From NCBI GenBank assembly GCA_012295275.1, contig CM022673.1:18538001-18602000 (forward strand): a stretch of 64,000 nt of DNA, given 5' to 3'. The notes under the pieces were generated by a model. It was not told the origin of the DNA. It did no database searches and saw nothing but the letters and a program-made list of their open reading frames with translations. A program made the translations under genes and the position numbers. Positions 1-11,990 of the stretch are shown here, one piece after another (the stretch's first letter is position 1; each line of letters begins with the position of its first letter). The stretch is from Chrysomallon squamiferum. Lineage: Eukaryota; Animalia; Mollusca.

Positions 1-173
1 CATAAAATAAAGAACATTTATTATTTAAGGATTATATAACAGTTTCTAAAACTAAAGACAGAGTTATTAGTTCGTAGTTATATCTCATATTTACTGTAAC
101 ATCGCCACAGATAAATTATGCAATCATTACAGATCCAATGGTTGGTATTATATAAGTATATATGTGCGTGTAT

Positions 174-235
<62 letters not shown>

Positions 236-900
236 GTGTCTACACTTGAGATAGATATGTAACAGTTGATCAAACTTGATAGGTGGGTATATTTAACAAC
301 ATGCAGATGCGCCTACACCTTTATGTCACCTTTCAACTGATGTTGTTCATCACTTAGACGGATGTGCATACGGATGTGCGCCTTGGTTGATGATGAAGTA
401 ATAACTGTCATTTCTAATGAAACCTATACAATTATTTCCATGATTTAACTTATGATTCATATCAACAATGGACAAAAATATTAACATGGGCAGGATGCTA
501 AGCTTCTTACTTTTTTGTAAAATGAGTGTATATGAAACTCATTACTGTGTTGATTGACATTCCCTAATGAATTTACTGACTATAAGGTCGTTGAGCAAAA
601 CTGTAAGCCGTACTGCAAATGCTTATTTTCATGTTACTTTCTTAAGTGTTAATAATCCTTCAGTTTCTCCATTACGTCATCACAGGCAAATATATTTTAC
701 AATATTTTCTACTGCAATCAGATATATTTCAGAAAAGATAAATATAATCAGTTTTCTTTTAGTATGTAAAAATTGGGTGGTGCTGACTTTTGATACATGT
801 TTCAAATTCTAGGATTATTATCAGCTGTCTTTTTTCTTCATTAAAAATTCAAATTAAAAATAAAAACAGAATGTCAGAGGTAATCAATGAAAAAATTATA

Positions 901-906
901 TTTATT
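901..906 (-). promoter_or_regulatory. Polyadenylation signal (AATAAA) of galaxin-like gene A
   Basis: TTTATT on + lies ~65 nt past the TAG stop. The same signal is at the homologous position in copies C (21764-21769) and E (37885-37890). Confidence 0.6.
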
Positions 907-969
907 AATTATGTTAGTATTCTTGTTACAGAACTATGCTGCAACTTTTGCATTCGTATTTGTTTTCTT

Positions 970-1525
970 CTAGCAAATACGGCCATTGCAGCACTTGTTG
1001 AATGCTGCATCATAACTTCGTCGTCCACAACATGCAGGACGTATTCCACTTCTGGGGACAACGTTTCCCCCACAGCACATGTTGAATGTTGCATCATAAC
1101 CTCGTGTTCCACAACATGCAGGACGTAGTCCACTTTTGGAGACAATGTTTCCCCTGCAGCACATGCTGTATGTTGGACTGTAGCTTCTGTGGCCGCATAC
1201 AGCTGTATTTCAAAAATTAATATAATGACTTTTATATATTTTCATTACTATTATCTGCCTGACTCTCTATCAGTCTTATCTCTATATCAATATATATTAA
1301 ATATAGATCTATGCATTTACCTGATGCCTGTGTACGCGCACCTGTATATAAATCGCTAATATTAAAACAATTACCTGGAAGTGTTCAAAAGGCTGTGTGT
1401 TTGTGTAATCAAAGCTTTGTAAGAAAATTACCTTTTGAAAAAACCCAGGCTGATGCTCCCCTTGGCTGAATGCATGTGATTATTAATACAGCGACACAAA
1501 AAGCCAAAAGAGAAATATTCTGCAT
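970..1525 (-). CDS. Galaxin-like secreted Cys-rich peptide, copy A (2 repeats, 108 aa); coding exons 1432-1525 and 970-1202
   Basis: Exon 1525-1432 encodes MQNISLLAFCVAVLIITCIQPRGASAWVFSK (hydrophobic core, ASA cleavage motif) and ends in G|GTAATT. A phase-1 intron 1431-1203 ends in TTTTTGAAATACAG. Exon 1202-970 encodes (A)VCGHRSYSPTYSMCCRGNIVSKSGLRPACCGTRGYDATFNMCCGGNVVPRSGIRPACCGRRSYDAAFNKCCNGRIC*. Splice sites are conserved in the paralogues. Confidence 0.85.
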
Positions 1526-2312
1526 TTTCTTTTTTCTTTACTTTTTTTAAATGTCTGGAGAGAGAGAGAGAAAAAAAAAATGGCATTATTTCTGATATTA
1601 ATAAAACAATATACAATGTATATATAAATTAATATCTAAAATTATATAAATGCAGAAGCCCATAAAATTAAATAAATGCAGAAGCCCATCAAATTATATA
1701 AATGCAAAAGCCCATACATTATTTGCGATTGTAATATTATAATACTGTAATATTAATTTTAATAATAAAATATAACGAAAGATTAAATCAGAAACATCGA
1801 AGTCGGAAATAATAAAAACTGAAGAAACACCATTGTTGGCTATACACTTAAGTTTTAATTTATAATACTTTCCAAAGCCTATAATCTCTCTCTAATGGAT
1901 AATCCTACGTACTACTACTGCTACTAATAATAATACTAATACCACTACTACTACTAATAATAATGTAAAACACATTCATGCCATGTGACAGTTTGAGTTA
2001 ACGATGTAAGAAAATTGATAATATAATCGATTTATAAATGTTCTGTTGCTGAACTACACAAATTGGACAGTATTACTTATTACTAAACTGAATACCCTGT
2101 ATCTGTTATTACAGAGGTGGAGAATTCGATTGAACAGTTTATTGCTGTTAAAACAAAACCAATACAGTATTAACCAATCTAAAATAAAGAAAACTAACCA
2201 TCAAATAAATCTAAAATTTTAAATTTTGATATAATAAATCGATTAACAATTCTAAATAAAAACTTAGGTAATTTCTTTCAAAAGCAGTCGCAAATTATGC
2301 TAGCTTATGTCC

Positions 2313-2403
2313 TTTATATATTGTTCTGGGTTCCAAAATTTAACACATCTTAGTACAGTAACACTAATGGCCAATCGAAATTGTTTACCACTCCAATAGG
2401 CGG
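2313..2403 (-). promoter_or_regulatory. Putative core promoter of copy A (TATATAAA plus two CCAAT boxes)
   Basis: TATATAAA on minus at 2313-2320, CCAAT at 2371-2375 and CCAATAGGCGG at 2393-2403. The same arrangement occurs upstream of C, F and G. Confidence 0.6.
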
Positions 2404-4234
2404 AAAGATGTTGCACATCCATCTAAGGGATGAACAACATGAGCTGAAATGTCACTTAAGTGTATAGGCGCACCTATATGTTATTAAATATATCCAGCTA
2501 TATAGTTTTAATTGATATCGAATCACAAGTGTATATATTTTGTTTATATATTTTGTTAGTTTCGAGTATAATCCAAATGTATGTGTATTCAAAAATATAT
2601 TGTTTTATGTCTTCACACACACACACACACACACACACATCATATTCTGGTTACATTATCTCCCTCTAATTAAATCTGAAAGGTTTCTGACATAGTGGAA
2701 AGATAAATATTCACGATATATACATCTATGTTGTGTTTACTTGCCTAATAAAGAATATAAGATAACAAAGTTTATATATATTTTTTTTTTCTTCTTCTTC
2801 TTTTGAAAATTATTACTGTAATACAGGGGTTAATTTGCCATCTGAGGATTTTTCTGCATAATGTTCATAAAACTCAGACGTGAAATTATCTAAGTGGTTG
2901 GATAACAATAACAGATGCTGAACATATTCTGAATGCACAGCGTCCACTTGTAAAACTGTAAACAGTTTATATTATGTTTAACTGCAGGTTTTCTTACTGC
3001 CTGTAGAAAAATGTAAAATGTTTCAGTGATACATTCTTATCTAAAAATAACTGTATGCAAGTTAAAAGATATCCTCATAAATCACTCCAGATTTGCAAAC
3101 ATGGCTGACAAAGTCAAGGTGGTGGTCATTGAAGGCACATGTGTTTGTGTGTATATATATATATGTGTATGTATATATGAGTGTGTATGGTGTATGTATG
3201 TATTATGTACTGATGTATGTTTATTCTACATATGTAAGTACAAAAACAGATAGGTAGATACGTAGGTATTTATGTGTCTGTGGAAGGTGCATAATTTCAT
3301 CAAAAGAGAGTAAGACAGTTTGCTGGATTATTATTTTTTTAAATTAGACTGTTTTATTTTTAGAACCTGTTGTCCAGGTCTCTGTTCTGTTTTGAGCTAT
3401 ATTTGTCAGGTGGGTTCTTTCCCACAGACTTCCAGCTCATCCCTCCATCCTCCCGCTGTTGTTTTTCTAACTACATCATTTCACTTTGCATGTTTTCCAA
3501 GTGTTTATGTGTTGTTATAAATATAGAGTTTCAGTCGACCTGAGACTCATTGGATTAAATTAAATATTTGTTCATTCTTTTAATCATGAGTAAAGCACAA
3601 ACATGAACACTGTAACACTCGTGAACGTAAAGTATATTCCATTTGCTGACAGGTCTTTTTAAGTTTGAAAATAAATTGTGTGAAGATGAAGATGATGATA
3701 ATGATGAAGAATTATTTGTCAGTGTAAGTAATTGACACATCCTAGGATTATAACTGTAAACCTCAGACTATGCTTTAACAGAAAACCATCAGATGTTGCT
3801 GAAATTATAATAATAATAATAATCATAATAATAATAATAATAATAATAATATATAGATTAGTTATAAAACACTAAAAGACTTTTAGCTGGCATTGTTAAT
3901 ATTGTATTAGTTATTAATTTAACATTTCCAGGGCAATACCAAAGCAATGTTACTTATTGCATGCTCCTATTAATAATTTAAATACAGATAATCTCAAAAG
4001 TCAATAAAAATGTCAGTTTTAAAGACTCTATACTGTGTATTATAATAACAAATGAGAAACTGACATCTCTGATAAAACAATTTGGAGCTTAGGTAATTTA
4101 AAAACATACCAGCTACAGCCGCTCCGATTGTTTTACAGGACTCGAACAAGTAATGTCTGGACTGTCTCATAGCTGTGTGAAGTTCTGAGGAAATCCCTTC
4201 ACAGAAAGATGCTACAACACTCATACAAATTATT

Positions 4235-4897
4235 TATCACATGCAAATAAAGCTCTAGAATAATTTATGTCTTCTGACTGCAATAGGGTAATAGTTATTA
4301 AATATTTAAAGTTCCTAATAGTCTCTGGCCTGAGATTTTTCAGAACTTTTAACCTTCTCTACCAGAATGTAGTCAGGTTTTACCTTTAATCTGAAATAAA
4401 AAATATATATACTAGAAATAAACAATATCAGCATAAATCATAGAAATTTAAATTGTATATCAAAAGAGAGTATCACGATTCATATACTAATTGCTATATA
4501 AGTGTTAACTAGATACAGGACACAACTAGTACAACTCTGCCAATAGAAATCTTTCTGAAAGGTGAAAATATGTACTTGGTAATAAAGTACAAGTAAACTC
4601 ACTAATCTCTCCAGCAGACTGAACATGTGTAAAAATGATTTAGCTCAAATGTCATCAATGTCTCTTTTTTTACCAACTCAAGTGAATGGCTGATATGAAG
4701 GACTCACGAGAATCACATCAAGTTTTCACTTGTTCATTTGTTCAGTCGGTAACTTCTAAAGAAAATGTAAAAACAAGTCAGTTTAATATTTTATATATAA
4801 CTAATATGTTGACTTTCAGATGGTACTTCCAGTATGAACATCTGCCATCCTGTTAGAATACACACACACTCAGATACTGACTACTCGCAAGTAATCA

Positions 4898-4952
<55 letters not shown>

Positions 4953-4977
4953 GATAGATAGATAGATAGATAGATAC

Positions 4978-5008
<31 letters not shown>

Positions 5009-5563
5009 TATTGGTATGTCATATTGTTTACCTCAATACCTTAACTAATCAGCGTTGTGTGAGGGAACTAGCTATGTAGATAAGGCTGACAATTGTGTTG
5101 ACGTCAACGGTCGCTACAACTGTATAACTAATACTAGTAATAACTTTCTACAATAACAAAACAACTAAATAAAATTTAAAAAAATTAAAATTATTATTAT
5201 TATTATTATTATTATTATTTAAAGTAATGCTCAAATACGATCTCTATAAATGTCTAGACAGCTATTATATATTATTTAATTCATTTATTTTATTTATATC
5301 TCGAAATAAGCGATACGGTTACGATATAAAGTTAATAACGAAAACAAATCACAGTGCATTAGTAGATCTAGTTGTAGATATCAGAAACACCAATAGCTAA
5401 ATCAAATCTTTTAAACTTGACAATAATTCCGCACAATACCTCAAATAAATATTAAACAAACCTTTTAGAGCACATTGCATTCCATCTATATCACTGTATA
5501 ATCAAGAACGCGATAAACCCTGCACACTGCCATTACAACCTCTTTATTTGTACTGTCTTCCAT
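4235..5563 (-). pseudogene. TRDMT1: TRDMT1/Dnmt2 (tRNA cytosine-C5 methyltransferase) unprocessed pseudogene, exons 1-4, 3'-truncated
   Basis: Exon 5563-5462 reads MEDSTNKEVVMAVCRVYRVL/LYSDIDGMQCALK (motif I, frameshifted). Exon 5147-5032 reads ..TVVATVDVNT..FPHTTLIS*GIE. Exon 4755-4607 reads KLPTEQMNK*KLDVILVSPSYQPFT*VGKKRDIDDI*AKSFLHMFSLLER. Exon from 4390 reads LKVKPDYILVEKVKSSEKSQARDY. These match Dnmt2 motifs (RVLELYSG, MSPPCQPFTR, PxYILxENVKGFE), with stops, frameshifts and a mutated donor. Confidence 0.85.
4899..5008. repeat. Compound (CT)n-(TA)n-(GATA)n microsatellite
   Basis: Directly visible, within a TRDMT1 pseudogene intron. Confidence 0.95.
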
Positions 5564-6109
5564 TGAGGCAGAGCACCAACAGTTTGTAATTCAAAAAAAA
5601 AAATAAAATTAAATAAATAAAAATAGAAGAAAAGAACCAATGCATAGAAGCACAAAAAGCACAAAATGATTATAGATTTAACTTAGGAAACGAAATGATT
5701 CTGCTACCGAACAGCATAATAATATTTTATATGTAATATGTTTTTTTTATGTAAATTATGCAACATTTGACCTTATTTATTTAACCTTACTTAATTATGC
5801 TTAAACAGGAATGACAACAGTAAATCTACAAACTATAGATGGTGATTTTGGTTTAAATTTAAATTTTCTGTTTTACTCAGATAACTTTTTAAATGTATTT
5901 TCTGTAGATTAATTATTGTATTATATTGTATAATATAGTATTTATTTATTCACTTACTTACTTATTAATTTATTTTATTTTATTTTATATATTTACTTAT
6001 TTGCATACATACTTATAATTATTATTCCTGTTATTATTACCGGATTTGATGTCAAGGTACTTAATGGAAGGATTAGGTCAAGCTATTTGCCTAAATGAAA
6101 ATATATAAA

Positions 6110-6368
6110 TATATATTTCTGTTCATTCTAAAGTTACGTGCTTTCAAAAACACTTACGAAATATGCGTCTTTCTGCAGATTGAAGCGATTTATTAAAGCG
6201 AAAGTGACTCTTCGAAGTTTTTTCTGTTTATCTCTTCATCTGTAATCACGTTCTTCATTTATTAATAGTTTCTCTCGCTTTTAGCGATTTGTGTCTCTTT
6301 CGTCCTTTTCAGTCTCTGCTTCTCATTTTCCAATTTTTTTCTTTCTTTTATGTCTTCACCATTGATAA

Positions 6369-6439
<71 letters not shown>

Positions 6440-7768
6440 CTTTCTCTGGTGTAATGACAATCGAATCTCATGTATTATAAAAATTAAATCATTTTCCAAT
6501 ATGATCGTATATCCTGCCGTTTTTGTAACGCGATTAATCTTCGCGGCAGAATTTCCGGTCGGTGATATTGCCCTGTCATCTCTGCGGACTGGCCGTGAAG
6601 CGGAAAGGCCATTCTTTTCTTTTAGCACGTGTCTGGCGCTGATTGTATTGAATAACGACAGAAGAGCTGTGTATGTGGAAGATGTTTTCTAATAGTATAA
6701 TCCTGATGTTATCTGACCACAGATGGCTTTTCTCTTTATCTTTCTAGCGTCTTCATATTGTTATATCTGTAAGGCAAAAACATTAGCCTAATTAATCGAT
6801 CTGGACTTTGTACTAGCAGTATGTAAAGAATATATGAATAAATTATCGAAGTACGTTTTCAAATGAAAAACCAAAATATTAGTGACATCCACATCCTAAT
6901 TAATGAAAGCAAATGAAAAATAGAAAAATAGCTTAAATTTGTGTCGTTTCAAAGCGTAAACGAAATCTGACAGATAACACACAACAGTAATCTCTTTAAA
7001 AAAAAATCCAAGGAAGAGACTCTTTTTAAAAAAAAAAAAAAAACCCAGAAAAACTTGAGTACATATTTCATTGAAAATAAATATGAGGTCATCAAATTAA
7101 TCACAGTATAAAAACAAGGAAAAGCCTGTTTTTAAAAAACGAGTACATATTCCACTGAAAACATATATGAGGTCATAGAATTCATCATAGCATAAAAACA
7201 AATGGAACATATTTTCAACGCCTTGATGACAAACAGGAAACAGATTTCTATTAACAATACCTTATTTATAGTGTTTTTATTCTTAAGCGCTATTTTAAAA
7301 TCCATATCTATCATATCAGAGGTAAATTTTTCCAAAAGGTAATCCCAGGAACATAGAATCATTGGTGTTGCCAGAATGTTTCTGCTGTTGGAGTTTGAGA
7401 TAAGTTAGAAATTAAAATTGTATATATTAAATTTACAGTAAATATTTCTACATTAATGAATTCTGGGTTATTTAGTAACAGACTCAGCCTATGTAATGCT
7501 TTAACTTCTGTTTTAATTGCGGTGATCCATTCTTGAGGAAGAGAAGTTAATATTAATTTATAAGCATATGAAATCTGTGAAAAAAAGTAAGTCATCAAAT
7601 GTCTTTTGAACGATTTCAACTATTGCTGATATGTTAAGGAACCCTATAATAAATCCATATCTAATATCAGTGACAGTTATTTTACAATCAAAGAAAAAAT
7701 CAAAATAACATTTTATTGTCATGATTCATAAAAGGATTATGAAATAACGGTTGTGTTACTATTTGAAT
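6110..7768 (-). mobile_element. Decayed L1/Tx1-clade LINE ORF2, 3' part
   Basis: Peptide fragments such as YKLILTSLPQEWITAIK and IWK-R-type C-terminal motifs. Homologous to LINE debris at 19.0-19.5 kb and 36.7-37.5 kb. Many stops. Confidence 0.65.
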
Positions 7769-9311
7769 CGTTGGGGCGTTTGTATGATAAGCAAACTCTC
7801 AATTAATCATCAACAGACTGAAGATTTTTTTTTTTTTTTTTCGCACTTGGTGTTGGTGAGTGTGAAAAATCCTAATTCGCATAAATATGATATTGAAAAT
7901 TGCAGTAAAATGGCTAAAGCTTTTTCGGATATTGACTGGTATTCTTCTCTGATTGAAATCCAAAACTTTTCTAGACTATATTCCTTATATTTAATCTTCA
8001 GTCTACCATCGGTGCATACAGCTCTAGTTCTTCTTCTTCGGTTAATGTTAAACTAGCATCATCTGAAATTTCTATGAGTGGATTTCGAACCCAAGCGTAT
8101 TGTTCAGTGATGGAAAATAATAATTACTGGTCTTGTTTTTATATAATTTACAAACTCAGCAGCTTGATTCAACACTTCTCTTAATTGTTTTGCGATTAGT
8201 GCTTTTCTATGAAGAAAGCAGCGAGTTATGACGAAATTTTCATTTTTTTTTTTTACAAAGAATGTAAGGCCCTTAATGCAGCCTACCATTGATGGAGCTC
8301 CATCTGTGCAAATGCCGACACACAACTTCCATGCTATTTGCCATTTGTACAGATAATTATTCAAAATATTGAAAACATCTTCGCCCTTAATTCTTTGCAA
8401 AAAAGAAACTGATTTACAGTTTGAACGTCATCAATAAAATGAATAAATGCTGAGAGCTGCGCTTTGTTGGCATTGTCTGTTGACTCATCAATTTGTATTG
8501 CAAAATCTGAATACTGAAGTTTATTACAACAAACATTTTTCTCGATATTAGATGCCATATCTAGAATACGTCTGTGGACAGTATCGTTGGAAAGAGCGAT
8601 CTTGTTTATTTCATTTGCTGCTTCATCTCCTAGCATTGATTTCACAGTCTTCTTATGCGCAGGTAGAATGAGTGACTCGCCTAAAGTATGATCTTTCATA
8701 TTTTGTGCTATCAGCTACGAAACCTCGTAAGAAGCGATTTGAGCTTTTTCAGAAATCGTCATTATACTTTTGAAAGAGTTTCCTGCTATCGTCTGCTGTT
8801 CTATCAATCTTTTGAAATAACTTACAGATTTACCTTGTAAATGAGAGTGCTTGGTTTTAAAATACTTGCTCAGTTTACTAGGAACCAATGATCCGTTTCA
8901 CATTTTACATCCACATATTAAACATAGCGGCAAAGGATCATGTATGTTTCCAGTCCTATGAAAACCAAATCCTAAATAACTTTCATCGCATTTGAGGTAG
9001 ACCGCGCTTTGGCTCTCTTACTGGAACATGTTCCGTTGTGTTCATGTCCGGAATAACATTCGAGTTTGTATTTTAGAAATGTTTTCATTTAAACGAGTTT
9101 ACAACGTGTATAAAATCTTCTTCCGGGCAACCGGCTATTTCTTGCTTGATATCTTTCCGCTCTTAACATAATAATAACGATATGCCATAAAAAAACCATT
9201 TTAATGCTGAAGTGTGGATATAATGTACTATAAATCAATTTTTTATCATCACAAATATCTACCTAGATCCTAGAATTTCGTGGGGCACACTGCACCCTTT
9301 GAGAATCACTC
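7769..9311 (-). mobile_element. hAT DNA transposon (Buster/Charlie, ZBED8/SCAND3/FAM200-like transposase), internally deleted and frameshifted, nested in a LINE
   Basis: Transposase motifs HTLGESLILPA..LSNDTVHRRI, FAIQIDESTD, CVGICTDGAPSM, CFLHRKALIAK, and C-terminal FWISIREEY..SYLCELGF. The 5' end GAGTGATTCTCAAA resembles a Charlie terminal inverted repeat (TIR). An 8-bp target site duplication (TSD) ATTTGAAT (7761-7768) / ATTTGAGT (9312-9319) flanks it, and the empty site is in the LINE copy at ~37455. Confidence 0.9.
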
Positions 9312-10400
9312 ATTTGAGTAATGCTTTCAGGAAAAAAAACCTTTCTCGACTGGAAACTATATTCCATGCGGATAATAATTCTGAATAAAAAGGATTAATT
9401 ATTTTTAATGCAGATTTATCATATAAAACTGAAAATACTGAATATGATAAATTCATATGTATGGGTTTTTTACGGAATTTTGTCACTGTAAATCTCCACA
9501 CTGATTTAAATTCTTTATCAAAATAATTTCATAATAATTTAATTCGGAAAGCAATCTTTCTTAAATCGAATATCTTGAATATTTAAACCTGATTTTTTCT
9601 TTCCATTCATACTAGAATATTTAATTAAAGCTGGTTTCTTTTCGAACATAATCTTATTAAAACATTTCTGACTTACTTTCTTGACCCACTTGGTATATTG
9701 ATCGCATTTATCATATACCACAGTTCCATACTTACAGAAATATTCAGAACTGTTGCTTTTCCATTTAACGTCCATTTTCTTTGTTTCCATAGATTAATTA
9801 AATTGTTAATGTTTTCTATTTTTCCTTTCCACTTAAGATTTTCATACATATATTTGACCCTAAATAAATACTTAACATTTAAACTCATTCCTTTTTAAAC
9901 CTAAGTAGATTATCTTGGACGGGCTGAAAGACATTTATTACAGATTGAATGTCGATTCTATCATTGTAGTATTGTCAGCATTCTGATATATTAATGAAGT
10001 ACCGTTTTCCGATACTTTGATACACTGATGTTATCTTTACCTCTAATTAAAAGATTTAAAGGTTCAGCACTATTTCTTTTTCTTGATCTATTTTGATTAA
10101 GTAACCATCTTCATTTCTTAATTAAGTTAAATCTATTATATCTCTTATTGACATTAAATTATCTATTGTACGTATGACTTACAGGTCTGTACTTTTTTAG
10201 GTACTATTGTTTTCGTTTTTCTTGTCGAGTGGACTACTAATTCCTGTTTTCATACTATGTGATAACTGATTTTACTTTTTTATGCATTTTTATGAAATAT
10301 TTGTTTTAGGACATCCCAGAATTTTGGAAAAAATTCAACTGCTAAACTATCAAGACCAGAAGATTTATTTTTATTCATGCTTTTCAGCATTTCTGTAATC
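9312..10400 (-). mobile_element. Decayed L1/Tx1-clade LINE ORF2 (RT and post-RT region), continuation of 6110-7768
   Basis: Fragments NLINLWKQRKWTLNGKATVLN, SGLNIQDIR, FYSELLSAW, and a KSSGLDS-like RT N-terminal motif. Confidence 0.75.
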
Positions 10401-10509
10401 TATCAATCTCTATACACGCACACACACACACACATGTATACACAGACAGACAGACAGACACACACACAAACACACACATACACACACACACACACACACA
10501 TCTTAGACT

Positions 10510-10760
10510 AGTAACCGTGGACACCAGTATTTTCTCTGTATAAGATTCAAATATGTCTTGAATTCGACTGTATTTTTAAAAAGATTATAATTTGAAGTTT
10601 TGGACGAACTATCAACATTTTAAATACTGAGCTATGAGCCTTGTCTTAATGCATGGTTTTAACACAGAAGCACTAGTGATACCATTACACGGTAATAACC
10701 ACACATATGTTCTGTCAACAGCATCGAGAATAGTTTTAACATGTACTATCTAACTTGACA
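10510..10760 (-). mobile_element. L2/CR1-group LINE C-terminal fragment
   Basis: Translates as HVKTILDAVDRTYVWL..CIKTRLIAQYLKC, typical of L2/Daphne-type ORF2 tails. A paralogue is at 20590-20900. Confidence 0.5.
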
Positions 10761-11864
10761 ATTAACTGAAATGTTGTTATTTTCTGCGTGAACCAATATC
10801 TTGCTCCCTAAGTACATTCCCCAGAACTAACTCAAAAGTAACATTAGAAAAGAAAAAACAGAGAAAACTAGGTTTTTTCCCTCTTATATTATGCTAACCA
10901 AAACAAATGACGTTTATTTAGGCAAAATGACATTATAATAGCATTTGTTTATGCGTGCGTGCGTGCGTGATCGTTTAGGACATTATTTATTTATTTTTTA
11001 GAGAAAAATTTTCAAAACTTAAATAAAGATTTGGCAAATCACCCTCATAAAAAAAAGGAAAGAAACATTAAATGTTGCAATTTATTTTATTTGAAATCAC
11101 ATTTTAGTTATTTTGTTATTAGATTTACGGATTAAAATATGAGATAACTAACTTCTTGTTTACGGTATCTAATCTGTTATTTCTGATATCGGATCTCAGG
11201 ATGGGAATTTTGAAGGTCCGGTCCTACAACCCGTCAAATGCACGTATTTTTCATGAAGCTATTCATGACCCAGAGTTGCAGACAGACTGGACAGTTAACC
11301 GATTAGTAAATTACAACAGAGAAGGAAAATTAGTTTCTGTAAATCTGGCTTCACTCTAAACTAAAAATTCATTCTTAGTTTCATTCATTGTAAATCGTCA
11401 CAAATAACTGACCCGATTTGTACAAATTCAACTGTTAGTATTTTATGTATAACAACTTATTTAGTGATGAAATAATAAAGGTGTACATATTTAACAAAAT
11501 CAATGTAAATATTTCCATAATTTACCTTGCATAAGTTAAGTATAATCCACATCGAGCAGAGTGCTACGCTTCTTACTCTCGTGTAAAATAAGTGTAGAGC
11601 AAACTCACTGTTGTGTTGTTTGTGATTTGCTGATCACTTCACTGACTATATGATTTAAATTCTATGATATTTCCACCAATTTCGGAATAGAGTCATTTTA
11701 TTTTATTATTAGCTGTCTTATTTCTTCCTTGAAAATTGGTCGATTCAAATTAAAAATAAAAACAGCATATCATAGGTAACAATGAAAAAATTATATTGAT
11801 TAATTATGTTAGTATTCTTGCTGCAGAACTCTGCTGCAAGTTTTGAATTCGTATTTGTTTTCTT

Positions 11865-11990
11865 CTAGCAAATACGGCCATTGCAGGTTCAAATCCACTT
11901 CTGGGGACAACGTTTATCCAGGGTATTCAGGGTGGAGAATTTGATTGAATGCTTTAATGCTGTTAAAGCAAAACAAATACAGTATTAATG
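11865..11990 (-). pseudogene. Galaxin-like copy B, deletion remnant
   Basis: Retains the 3' UTR, CNGRIC* and a NVVPRSG fragment joined almost directly to leader exon 2 sequence. The signal exon, most repeats and the TATA region are missing. Confidence 0.85.

Noticed and set aside
790-1145. Alternative-frame and antisense ORFs over the repeat exons (e.g. MSPKVDYVLHVVEHEVMMQHSTC..., also 21737, 37889, 58390)
   Set aside because: Shadows of the 84-nt repeat. Only the CC frame is in phase with the signal exon and ends at the conserved TAG.
1640-1720. Three ~25-30-bp repeats containing TATAAATGCAGAAGCCCAT as a promoter
   Set aside because: They are on the strand opposite the gene and inside an intron, and are single-copy in paralogues. 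Local slippage is the simplest explanation.
6262-6480. ORFs of ER, LS, HT or CV dipeptide runs (also 22148, 23680, 36061, 50324, 56961)
   Set aside because: Translations of (CT)n and (CA)n microsatellites.
8104-8699. Domesticated ZBED8/SCAND3-like host gene
   Set aside because: Frameshifts, an internal deletion, a TSD and an empty paralogous site indicate a dead transposon.
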